Positions 17,559 to 24,650 of a stretch of DNA of 36,395 nucleotides are shown piece by piece; within the stretch, counting starts at the first letter, position 1; the number at the start of each line of letters is the position of its first letter. This DNA is from a virus (lineage: Duplodnaviria > Caudoviricetes). A program made the translations under genes and the position numbers. The stretch covers positions 1-36,395 of IMG/VR virus record IMGVR_UViG_3300033076_000590; one strand, 5' to 3'. The notes under the pieces are model-generated. The model was given only the letters and a program-made list of their open reading frames with translations, did no database searches and had not been told where the DNA came from.

Positions 17559-18070
17559 AACTCAGCGAGAAGGGTGCAGCCCTGATGCACCAGTACGAGG
17601 GCTGCCGCAACAAGCCGTACCAGTGCCCCGCGCACATCTGGACGATCGGCTATGGCCACGTCCTGTACCAGGATCAGATCAGGCTGCCTATGGCCCGCGT
17701 GGAGGGCAAGGAAGTGCCTATGATCCGCAAGGAGTACCCGCTCAGGGGTGAGCACTCTCGCGTTTGGAGCAAGGAGGAAATTGATGCGCTATTCCGAGAT
17801 GACATCGCAGGCTTTGAACGTGGTGTTCTTCGACTTGCTCCCGGCGTGGCTGGGCGTCAAGGCGCTTTTGACGCATGCGTCTCTTTTGCGTTTAATGCTG
17901 GACTCGGCAACTTCCAGCGTTCTGGGATAAGGCAGAAGATCCTGCGCGAGGACTGGGAAGGGGCCGCCGAGGCGTTCAAGGAATGGACCAAAGGGGGCGG
18001 CAAGGTGCTGCCTGGGTTGGTCAAAAGGCGTGACGCAGAGAAGGCTTTGTTCCTGTCGGACTGTGACTAA
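17555..18070 (+). CDS. Endolysin, GH24 lysozyme
   Basis: E-x8-C-x5-T triad (EGCRNKPYQCPAHIWTIGYGH), FDA.VSFAFN.G and GL.KRR.AE motifs. Confidence 0.93.
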   Translation: MKLSEKGAALMHQYEGCRNKPYQCPAHIWTIGYGHVLYQDQIRLPMARVEGKEVPMIRKEYPLRGEHSRVWSKEEIDALFRDDIAGFERGVLRLAPGVAGRQGAFDACVSFAFNAGLGNFQRSGIRQKILREDWEGAAEAFKEWTKGGGKVLPGLVKRRDAEKALFLSDCD

Positions 18071-18113
18071 AATGTGCCCGAGGTTGTGCCTCAATCACCT
18101 TTGCAGAAGCCTT

Positions 18114-18140
18114 GTGCCCTGATTTTCAGGGCACTTTTTT
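18114..18140 (+). terminator. Intrinsic terminator of the late operon
   Basis: GTGCCCTG-ATTTT-CAGGGCAC followed by TTTTTT, 44 nt after the lysin stop. Confidence 0.8.
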
Positions 18141-18149
18141 GTCTGTTCA

Positions 18150-18210
18150 GATTCGAAATCCGGTGTACGGTTCTACCGTACCGTGGGTTCGAATCCCACC
18201 CCTTCCGCCA
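18150..18210 (+). other. attP core: 3' fragment of tRNA-Ser(CGA)
   Basis: Anticodon loop TTCGAAA, long variable arm GTACGG-TTCTA-CCGTAC, T-arm GTGGG-TTCGAAT-CCCAC and terminal CCA. The 5' half is absent. Adjacent to the integrase. Confidence 0.9.
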
Positions 18211-18220
18211 GATCAAGGAC

Positions 18221-18550
18221 TTACAGGCCAAACTCGCTGCCTTGAAATTTGATCAAAGCGACTTTGTGCCTTATTTGTGCCCTGGCGCAGTCGATCGCCT
18301 CATCTGAGCGGGCGATCGCCGACAGCGGGATCGTCTGAGACTGGCCGTTGAAATCGATCACGGCCTTGGCCTCTGACGAAGCGCCAAGCACGCCCAGCAC
18401 CGTGCCCCACCGGCCAACCGGCCAGGGCCTGCGGATCACCACCACCTGCACGCCAGGCGCGGCCACCAGCTGGGCCGCGTCCTCGAGCTCCTCGCGCTGG
18501 CGCGTCTTGATGGCCCGTGCCTGGGCCTTGATTTGATCTAGTTCTTTCAC
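18221..18550 (-). CDS. Hypothetical protein with KOW/SH3-like beta barrel, coupled to the integrase
   Basis: GTGA overlap with the int stop. PGVQVVVIRRPWPVGRWGTV...AVIDFNGQSQTIPLSAI. Confidence 0.55.
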   Translation of the reverse strand: MKELDQIKAQARAIKTRQREELEDAAQLVAAPGVQVVVIRRPWPVGRWGTVLGVLGASSEAKAVIDFNGQSQTIPLSAIARSDEAIDCARAQIRHKVALIKFQGSEFGL

Positions 18551-19503
18551 AGGGTCACTTTCTCGGCAGCAGCTGCCAGGTGTTCGGGGGACAGGTGAGC
18601 GTAGCGCTGCACCATCTGCGGGGAATGCCAGCCGCCCAGCTCTTGCAGCACAGAGGTGGGAGTGCCTGCCATCGCGTGCCAGCTGGCCCAGGTGTGGCGC
18701 AGGTCATGGAAGCGGCACCAGGGCACGCCTACGCGGGTGCAGGCGGCCTTCCAGACCGTGGGGGTGACCTTGTCAGGGCCTTTGAAGACACGGCCTTCAC
18801 GGGGCTCTGGCATGGCCTCCAGCATGGCCTTGGCTGCGCTGTTGAGCGGGACCAAGATGCGGTGGCCGGCCTTGGTTTCGTCAGCTTCCACGATCACCGT
18901 GCCGCGCTCGAGGTCGACCTTGTCCCAGGTCAGGCCGAAGACGTTCGATCTTCTCAACCCGGTGAGCAAAGCGAAACGGACTGGACACCGGTACTTTTCC
19001 GGTAACGCTGCGATCAAAGCCTCGGCCTGCTCGCGTGTCAGGAATGCGACGCGGCGCTTGGGTTCGGCCTCGGTGCGCATCACGGGGGCGCGCTCGATCC
19101 AGTCCCACTCACGCTCGCAGCTGCGCAGGATGGCGCGCACCAGGGCGCGGTAGCGGTTGCGGGTGGCCGGCTTCACGTCCTGGGGCATGGCGGCCTCGAT
19201 CGCGTCGCGGGCCAGGTCGGTCAGCAGCTTGCTGCCCAGGAGCGGCTCGAGGGTGCGGATCTTGTCCTTGTCGTCGCTGATCGACTTCTTGTGGCCGCGC
19301 TCAGCGATCCAGCGATCGCAGGCCTGCTTGAAGGTCTTCTTGGGGCGCTCTTTGAGCTTGGTGGTGCGCCACAGCTCCGCACGACGGATGTCGTGCAGTT
19401 CCTGTGCTTGCTTGGGGTCTGCGGTCTTGAGTGACTCGCGGATGCGGTTTCCGTTGATCGTCACGTCAAGCCAGTAGGTGTCGCCGCGTTTCTTGATTGC
19501 CAT
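18547..19503 (-). CDS. int: Tyrosine integrase
   Basis: TGLR, HDLRH, LGGW and RY catalytic motifs, N-terminal arm-binding domain, next to the tRNA-derived attP. Confidence 0.96.
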   Translation of the reverse strand: MAIKKRGDTYWLDVTINGNRIRESLKTADPKQAQELHDIRRAELWRTTKLKERPKKTFKQACDRWIAERGHKKSISDDKDKIRTLEPLLGSKLLTDLARDAIEAAMPQDVKPATRNRYRALVRAILRSCEREWDWIERAPVMRTEAEPKRRVAFLTREQAEALIAALPEKYRCPVRFALLTGLRRSNVFGLTWDKVDLERGTVIVEADETKAGHRILVPLNSAAKAMLEAMPEPREGRVFKGPDKVTPTVWKAACTRVGVPWCRFHDLRHTWASWHAMAGTPTSVLQELGGWHSPQMVQRYAHLSPEHLAAAAEKVTL

Positions 19504-19526
19504 CGTTGTGCCTCGTTAATCCGGTT

Positions 19527-19565
19527 GATGGAGAGACTGTACCACAACATTGAGAAAAACACACC
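19527..19565 (-). promoter_or_regulatory. Putative integrase promoter/operator
   Basis: Extended -10 TGGTACAGT on the minus strand. Aligns ungapped with the cassettes at 25235-25275 and 25932-25968. Confidence 0.55.
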
Positions 19566-19580
19566 AGCACCAACAAAGAT

Positions 19581-20057
19581 TTATCCGGTTAAACCCCAAT
19601 GCCCGATCAGGGCTGCCTCGGCCTTGCCGTCGTCCTTGACCCGGCGAAACTCGCCGGCCTGCTGGGGCCAGAGCGCGGCCGCCTTGGCGCGTGCACCGTC
19701 CTTGCCGGCGTTGAGCTGCAGGGCCTTCTTCCACTTGCCTGGCGTGACCGTCTGCACTGGGATGCCCAGGCCGGCCAGCACGCCCTTGGCAAGCCCAAAG
19801 GCCTCGCCAAACGCGAACATGGAGCTGACGCCCTGGCCGGGCATGGCGCCCACCTGCTCGATGTACGCGACCGTTCCGCTGACGTTGTAGAGGCGCAGCT
19901 CGGCGGCCAGCATCTCGGGGGAGACGCGGCGCTTGGCCTTGCCACCAACCACCACCTCGACGGCCGGCATGTCGAACACTTGCACCAGCTCGCCGGTGCG
20001 CTCGAGGATAGCCACGGCGCCGCCGGCTCCTGGGTCAATTCCAATGATGAAACTCAT
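19581..20057 (-). CDS. RuvC-like Holliday junction resolvase
   Basis: IIGIDPG..G, YIEQV, FG...G, P..WKK and DDGKAEAALI motifs. ATG at 20057. Confidence 0.9.
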   Translation of the reverse strand: MSFIIGIDPGAGGAVAILERTGELVQVFDMPAVEVVVGGKAKRRVSPEMLAAELRLYNVSGTVAYIEQVGAMPGQGVSSMFAFGEAFGLAKGVLAGLGIPVQTVTPGKWKKALQLNAGKDGARAKAAALWPQQAGEFRRVKDDGKAEAALIGHWGLTG

Positions 20058-20359
20058 ATTTCCACTCCATTCAACGCCACCATCGTCGCGTCCATTACGT
20101 TTTCTTTTTGTCGCAGGCACTCGTTGACCAAGTGCGGTATGCGGTCGCGCAGGTCGGCCGGCATCTTGTCGTAGTGCACGCAGTGCATCAGTCGCAACAT
20201 GTCATACGCTGGGCCGGCCTTGCGCGCATCGATGATCTTTAACAGCTTGTCGAGAACGCAGATGTCAAAACAGTCTTTTTCAAACAGGTCTTTTACTGCC
20301 GTCTGCACGATCAGTTGTTTTGTCTCGGGGAGCGCCGAGCAAGCGAGCGAGGTGTTCAC
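20054..20359 (-). CDS. Hypothetical protein
   Basis: Protein-like ORF (FDIC..D...LMHCVHY..MP). ATGA coupling to the resolvase. GTG start inferred. Confidence 0.6.
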   Translation of the reverse strand: MNTSLACSALPETKQLIVQTAVKDLFEKDCFDICVLDKLLKIIDARKAGPAYDMLRLMHCVHYDKMPADLRDRIPHLVNECLRQKENVMDATMVALNGVEI

Positions 20360-20513
20360 GCATTCCGTGGACTTGAATTGCCCAGACGGTGTCCATGACG
20401 CCTCGGTCGTATGCGAGTTTGAGCTCGTGTTTGTTGAGGTAGTGCGTTCCGATGAGTCCGAGCGTGAACCCCGCCATAAAGATAGAGAAAGCATCCATGT
20501 ACTCCAATGTCAT
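20280..20513 (-). CDS. Hypothetical protein with N-terminal TM
   Basis: ATG overlaps the HNH gene stop. AFSIFMAGFTLGLIG helix. Confidence 0.5.
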   Translation of the reverse strand: MTLEYMDAFSIFMAGFTLGLIGTHYLNKHELKLAYDRGVMDTVWAIQVHGMREHLARLLGAPRDKTTDRADGSKRPV

Positions 20514-21025
20514 TTTGTTAAACCGCCCATGAGTTGTGTGAATGGGTTTGTGTAGTCGCGCCAGGTGACGCCGCGCTTGATCACGCTGACCGTGGACTGC
20601 GAGATGCCGTAACGCTTGGCGATGTCTCGCTGCGTGCCCTCGGCGTCGCGGATCTCGTTGGCCTGCTCGAGCGTGATCTTTGCGTTTTGGCGAGCGCGGT
20701 CTGAGATCTTCTTGAGGCGCAGCGGGTTGAGCTGATGCCTCTGCTCTTTGGCAATGCGTTGCTGCAACTTCTTGCGCGTGATCGCGATGATGTGATCGGG
20801 ATGCACGCACAGCGGGTTGCCGCACTTGTGGGTCACCAGCTTGCCGTCGAGCTTGAGGCCCATCTCCTCTGCAATATGTCGGCGCACTGGCTTGACCTGG
20901 TTCTTGAAGTTCATCGTCGGAGTCGGTGACTGTGACTGCAGGGAACCCTGCCACTCCCAACAGTCGCCAACCTCGATGACGTGCCGCTGTATTCGGTCCA
21001 ACAAATTGCTCACAACAGATTCCAC
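20510..21025 (-). CDS. HNH-type endonuclease-like protein with C-terminal HTH (start may be GTG 21013)
   Basis: CWEWQG, HKCGNPLCVHPDH and TQRDIAKRYGISQSTVS.IKRG.TW motifs. Confidence 0.85.
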   Translation of the reverse strand: MESVVSNLLDRIQRHVIEVGDCWEWQGSLQSQSPTPTMNFKNQVKPVRRHIAEEMGLKLDGKLVTHKCGNPLCVHPDHIIAITRKKLQQRIAKEQRHQLNPLRLKKISDRARQNAKITLEQANEIRDAEGTQRDIAKRYGISQSTVSVIKRGVTWRDYTNPFTQLMGGLTK

Positions 21026-21132
21026 CCCACCATAAAAATGCTGTAGGCGATGCGCGAGACAAAGCCCATTGCAACGAGCGCAAGCGCCCAGATGAGGACC
21101 ACTGCGGTCACTGATTTAATTCCGTCCATCAT
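21010..21132 (-). CDS. 40-aa membrane peptide (below ORF-track cut-off)
   Basis: MMDGIKSVTAVVLIWALALVAMGFVSRIAYSIFMVGWNLL. 4-nt overlaps with both neighbours fill the gap exactly. Confidence 0.65.
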   Translation of the reverse strand: MMDGIKSVTAVVLIWALALVAMGFVSRIAYSIFMVGWNLL

Positions 21133-22316
21133 TTCTTCATTGCCTCCATTGCTTGCACTGCTGCTTTGATCTTCTTGGCCGTCTCGCGCTTAGTCGGCGC
21201 GTCTGGCTTGACCGGTATGTCGTCGGGGTGAGTGGAGATCGCGTCCCAGTCCATGCCTGGCGCGTTCACGCTGCCGCTGGTGACCTTGCTGACGGGGAAC
21301 TCCTGCTTGACGTTGATCACGTCCGCGATCAGCGAACCAGGGCAGTTGTGCAGCTCCTGGCTCGAGAACACAGGGCCGTAGTCGCTGCAGTTCTCTGGTC
21401 CGTTCACAAACATGACGCCGTTGTCGCGGTGCTTGTACGCAACCCAGTTCTCACCACCGTCCACGGCCTCGCCGTAAGGGACGAGCGCGGGGATCATCAG
21501 GTGCTGCTTGCAGCCAATGCTTTGCTCTTTGGTGTTGAGGTGTCCGTCGTGCTTTGAGCAATGCCATGCTGCGTTCTCAACGGGCGAGGCATAGCAGCAG
21601 GTGCGGCAGTTGGCCTCGGCGGCCAGGCCGTTGTGGCAGTGCTTCCAGAACGTGCACATCTTGCAGACGAAGTACGCAGGGTCGTCGCTCAACTTCATCG
21701 GTGGCTCGCTCATCTCGATGAGGCGCTCGGCGCGGTCCATCAACACCGTGAAGCGCTCCTGGTCGAAGTGGACCCACTCGGTGTAGAGGTCGTCGGTGTC
21801 TTTGTTGACGGCCATGTACAGGGCGCGGTCGAGATCCATCAGGCCCATGTAGACGGTCATCTGGTCGAAGTGCTGGGGCTTGGCCTCGCGCACTTTTTTC
21901 TTTACCAAGTCGGTAAAGGATTTCGCGCTGTGTGTCTTGAATTCGAGCACGGCCACGGTTTTGGGCGCCTCGGGCAGGCCTTTAGCGACGCCATCAAGCG
22001 AGCCACCGAAGTGACCGTTGCAGGCACTCACGCGCCACTGGTTGCCGGCCTCGTCGGTGTCCCACACCGTCGCGCCAATGCCGCGCAGCTCCTCGATGAG
22101 TCGTGCCTCCTCGCGCTGGCCGGTGCTGAACAGTCGCAGGATGCGGCCAGAGAACTCTGGCTTCATTGCCCAGCGCCAGGTCAGCCAGATGCTGCGCTCG
22201 CATTGGTGGCCGATCAGAGACGCGCCCATGTGCGGGCGGTGCTCTTGTGGTTTTGATTCGTACCAGCGCACGATCTGGTGCGCAGTGGTGTGTGTTGAGT
22301 CGGGAAGTGTTGCCAT
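21129..22316 (-). CDS. Cas4-like PD-(D/E)XK exonuclease
   Basis: GAS.IG..C.R, G.LDG, LEFKT, Q...YM and C..C.....C motifs. ATG at 22316 with GGAG-like RBS. Confidence 0.88.
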   Translation of the reverse strand: MATLPDSTHTTAHQIVRWYESKPQEHRPHMGASLIGHQCERSIWLTWRWAMKPEFSGRILRLFSTGQREEARLIEELRGIGATVWDTDEAGNQWRVSACNGHFGGSLDGVAKGLPEAPKTVAVLEFKTHSAKSFTDLVKKKVREAKPQHFDQMTVYMGLMDLDRALYMAVNKDTDDLYTEWVHFDQERFTVLMDRAERLIEMSEPPMKLSDDPAYFVCKMCTFWKHCHNGLAAEANCRTCCYASPVENAAWHCSKHDGHLNTKEQSIGCKQHLMIPALVPYGEAVDGGENWVAYKHRDNGVMFVNGPENCSDYGPVFSSQELHNCPGSLIADVINVKQEFPVSKVTSGSVNAPGMDWDAISTHPDDIPVKPDAPTKRETAKKIKAAVQAMEAMKK

Positions 22317-22323
22317 GTTGTTC

Positions 22324-22578
22324 TCAGTATTTGCGGCCGAAGTAGGTGGGTGCGCAGGTGACATCGGCCACCACGTCGGCGCTGTAGCCGCTGATCTTTC
22401 GCTTGGCGTACACGATGACTGCGCGTGTGCCGTTGCCCTCGCACTCGTTGATCGCAGTGATCACCTCGTTGCGTGACATGCCTTGCACTTCTTTGTCGAT
22501 CACCAACGTCTGGCTTGGCGGTGTGGTGCTGCATGCGCTGAGCGCGAGCAGCAAGAGGATTGCTGTCGTGGTTTTCAT
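22324..22578 (-). CDS. Lipoprotein
   Basis: MKTTTAILLLLALSAC signal peptide with LSAC lipobox, AAGGA RBS, two further Cys. Confidence 0.82.
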   Translation of the reverse strand: MKTTTAILLLLALSACSTTPPSQTLVIDKEVQGMSRNEVITAINECEGNGTRAVIVYAKRKISGYSADVVADVTCAPTYFGRKY

Positions 22579-22599
22579 GGTTGTGTCCTTGTTGCAGGT

Positions 22600-22650
22600 G
22601 GGGTACTCGCGGCCCCTATAAGCTCCGGAATGAACTCTCCGCTTTCCCCC
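22600..22650 (-). ncRNA. Candidate structured RNA with loop-E (bulged-G) motif
   Basis: Minus strand reads GGGG-GAAA-GCGG...CCGC-G-AGUA-CCCC, intergenic, upstream of the lipoprotein RBS. Confidence 0.5.
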
Positions 22651-22656
22651 TTTGTT

Positions 22657-23136
22657 TTATTGCCAGGGCTTCTTGCCTGCGGCTGGTGCAGCTGCTGGCT
22701 TGGCGGCCGGTGCTGCTGCCTTCACGGGCGCTGCTGATGTCGTCGCTGCGCTGTTGGCGTAGCCCACGATGCGGTTGCGGTCAGGCTCCTTGCGATCAAT
22801 CTCGATCGAGGCAATGAACGGGATGTCGTGCAGCTCGACGGTGTCGGTCATGTCGGTCACGTCCACGGCCATGCACAAGCCAGCCAGCGCAGCCTTGGCG
22901 ATGTCCTCGGCCTGCTTGTTGGGGTTGTCCACGTTCAAGCGCTCCCAGTGACGGCGGCCGGTGTGCTCGCCCGCGACGACTTGCATCTCGAGCTCGAGGT
23001 AGTGACCAGTGCCGGCCTTAGTGGGCTTGATGTCGGACTTGGTGATGATCATTTCGTACTCGCCGTTGGGCAGCGGTGCGTACGAGCGTGGTTGCATTGG
23101 TTCGACAGATGCGGCGTTGAAGTTGAAAGTTGCCAT
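22657..23136 (-). CDS. DUF669-type ssDNA-binding protein
   Basis: PLP.GEY...I, K.GTG.YL.LE, G...GR..W..LN motifs and C-terminal KKPW. Follows the Sak4-like ATPase. Confidence 0.85.
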   Translation of the reverse strand: MATFNFNAASVEPMQPRSYAPLPNGEYEMIITKSDIKPTKAGTGHYLELEMQVVAGEHTGRRHWERLNVDNPNKQAEDIAKAALAGLCMAVDVTDMTDTVELHDIPFIASIEIDRKEPDRNRIVGYANSAATTSAAPVKAAAPAAKPAAAPAAGKKPWQ

Positions 23137-23159
23137 GTTGAAAACTCCTGGTTGATGGC

Positions 23160-23903
23160 TTAGTTGTTTGCTGCGAGCGCAGCGGCGAATGCTTCCCAGT
23201 CGAGAGGCATGTTCTTCAGACCGAAACGGTTCCCACCCATGTGAGCGGGGTGCGGTTCGACGTGAAGGATTCGTTTTCCAGTGGTGCGGGCTTTGACTTC
23301 CTTGTTGCCAAAGCCGGCGTTGGTTTCTGTGGTGACGATTTGGTAGTTGGCCCAGCCGATCACGTCGGCCCACTCCTGCACCAGGGCGCCGGCGCGGTCG
23401 TGCAGCTTCAGGACGTACTGGTCATAGCCGTCGTGCAGGGGCGACTCGAAGTGCTTAATCTTGTCGTGGGCGATCAGGATCACGGCCATGTTGCGTTGCT
23501 GGCGCAGGGCCTCGAAACCTGAGAGCAGCTGGCGCCACTCCTCGGCGGCCGCGATGTAGCCCTTGCCGTAGCCTGGCGCCTCGATGTTGGCCCACTTGTT
23601 GGCCTCGCAGACGTGCGCATGCAGCAGTGGCTCGAGCCAGTCGAGCGAGTCCAGGAACACAGACTCGTAGTTGTGCTCCTCTTTGAGCAGCGTGCCGATC
23701 GCCTCGTACACGTCGGCCAGCGATGAGCACAGAGGAAAGGCTGCCGCGTCGACAGCGTCAGCGCCGTCCTCGGTGAGGATGCCGACCGCGTTGGGTGCGT
23801 GCGCAGCGAACGTGGTCTTGCCGATCTTGCCTGGCCCCGCGATGACGATCTTGGGAGCACGCATGCGCTTTGTGCGCTGGATTGATTGAAGGTTGAATGC
23901 CAT
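23160..23903 (-). CDS. AAA_24 / Sak4-like recombination ATPase
   Basis: Walker A GPGKIGKTT, LDSLDWLE, GYGKGY and LIAH motifs. Confidence 0.9.
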   Translation of the reverse strand: MAFNLQSIQRTKRMRAPKIVIAGPGKIGKTTFAAHAPNAVGILTEDGADAVDAAAFPLCSSLADVYEAIGTLLKEEHNYESVFLDSLDWLEPLLHAHVCEANKWANIEAPGYGKGYIAAAEEWRQLLSGFEALRQQRNMAVILIAHDKIKHFESPLHDGYDQYVLKLHDRAGALVQEWADVIGWANYQIVTTETNAGFGNKEVKARTTGKRILHVEPHPAHMGGNRFGLKNMPLDWEAFAAALAANN

Positions 23904-23914
23904 ACGGTGTTTCC

Positions 23915-23983
23915 TTAAAGAAAAAGAAAAAGTGCCAGCGCGATCATTACGACCAGCGCCTCGATGTCTTCCTGCCAGGTCAT
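23915..23983 (-). CDS. 22-aa hydrophobic peptide
   Basis: MTWQEDIEALVVMIALALFLFL. ATGA overlap upstream, and its TAA merges with the next gene's TAAGGA RBS. Confidence 0.5.
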   Translation of the reverse strand: MTWQEDIEALVVMIALALFLFL

Positions 23984-24369
23984 GCGGCCTCCGTCATCTC
24001 GATGGTCACGCCGGTCTTGGCGGGGGAGACGGTCACGGCCTGCGCGATGTCCGACCAGAGCTTTGGCGCGTCGTTGCGGATCGCCTTGAGCTTGGTTTCA
24101 TCGGCCTCGACCTTGGCCTTGATGGGGCGCACGTCCTCGGGCCATGACTTGGTCAGCTCGATGAGCTTGTCCAGCTGGACCTTGTAGGACAGCTTGCCGG
24201 TGAGCTTCACCTTGAAGCCGGCCGGTGTCGTGAATGACTCGCTGCCTTCCTCGCGTGCTGGGTGCAGCTTGAGGATCTCGTTCTCGAGGAAGATGCGCAG
24301 GTTCTTTGCGCTCTCCTCTTTTTCTTTTGCAATTCGCCATTGGTTGGCGAGGTCGTCGATTACTTCCAT
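23980..24369 (-). CDS. Conserved phage early protein (Gam/Gp157-like position and composition)
   Basis: 129 aa, AGGAG RBS, W..AK..E..A...R...E helix, upstream of the Sak4-like gene. Confidence 0.7.
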   Translation of the reverse strand: MEVIDDLANQWRIAKEKEESAKNLRIFLENEILKLHPAREEGSESFTTPAGFKVKLTGKLSYKVQLDKLIELTKSWPEDVRPIKAKVEADETKLKAIRNDAPKLWSDIAQAVTVSPAKTGVTIEMTEAA

Positions 24370-24650
24370 TACTTGGTACTCCTGTCGTGGGTCGTGGGAT
24401 TGTGAAAATCGCAACGGTCTTTGCCGCCGTCGATCGGTGGGGTTTGAAGCTGCAGCTCGATGAGCTTTTGCAGGTAGTGCTGCGCCTTGCGCAGATCGTC
24501 AACGCCGCCCTTGTCGCGCCAGCGTGAGACGTACTTCACGATGTTGCCTTCGAAATACCCCAGCTCATTGGCTGCGATGTAGTCCCAGGGCTGAATCGTT
24601 TTGGCTTTGTAGTGGCTGCCGGCCACTTGGATCTTGTTTGCTTCTGACAT
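24369..24650 (-). CDS. DUF3310 (T7 gp1.7-like nucleotide kinase family) protein
   Basis: QV.G.HY....IQPWD.I......GN.VKY..R...KGG..DL.KA.HYL signature. Confidence 0.9.
   Translation of the reverse strand: MSEANKIQVAGSHYKAKTIQPWDYIAANELGYFEGNIVKYVSRWRDKGGVDDLRKAQHYLQKLIELQLQTPPIDGGKDRCDFHNPTTHDRSTK

Larger units (their letters stand above)
18073..18281. repeat. Candidate integrase arm-type sites flanking the attP core
   Basis: TGTGCC at 18073, 18085, 18113, 18265 and 18276, forming tandem pairs 11-12 bp apart on each side of the tRNA fragment. IHF-like GATCAAGGACTTA at 18211-18223. Confidence 0.6.

Noticed and set aside
17597-17650. Cys in place of Asp in the lysozyme triad as a novelty
   Set aside because: E-x8-C-x5-T is an established GH24 variant, as in P1 Lyz.
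18150-18210. Functional phage tRNA gene
   Set aside because: Acceptor 5' strand, D-arm and most of the 5' anticodon stem are missing. It is an attP core.
21129-22316. CRISPR-associated cas4
   Set aside because: No cas1/cas2 or array. It sits in a Sak4-SSB-exonuclease recombination module.
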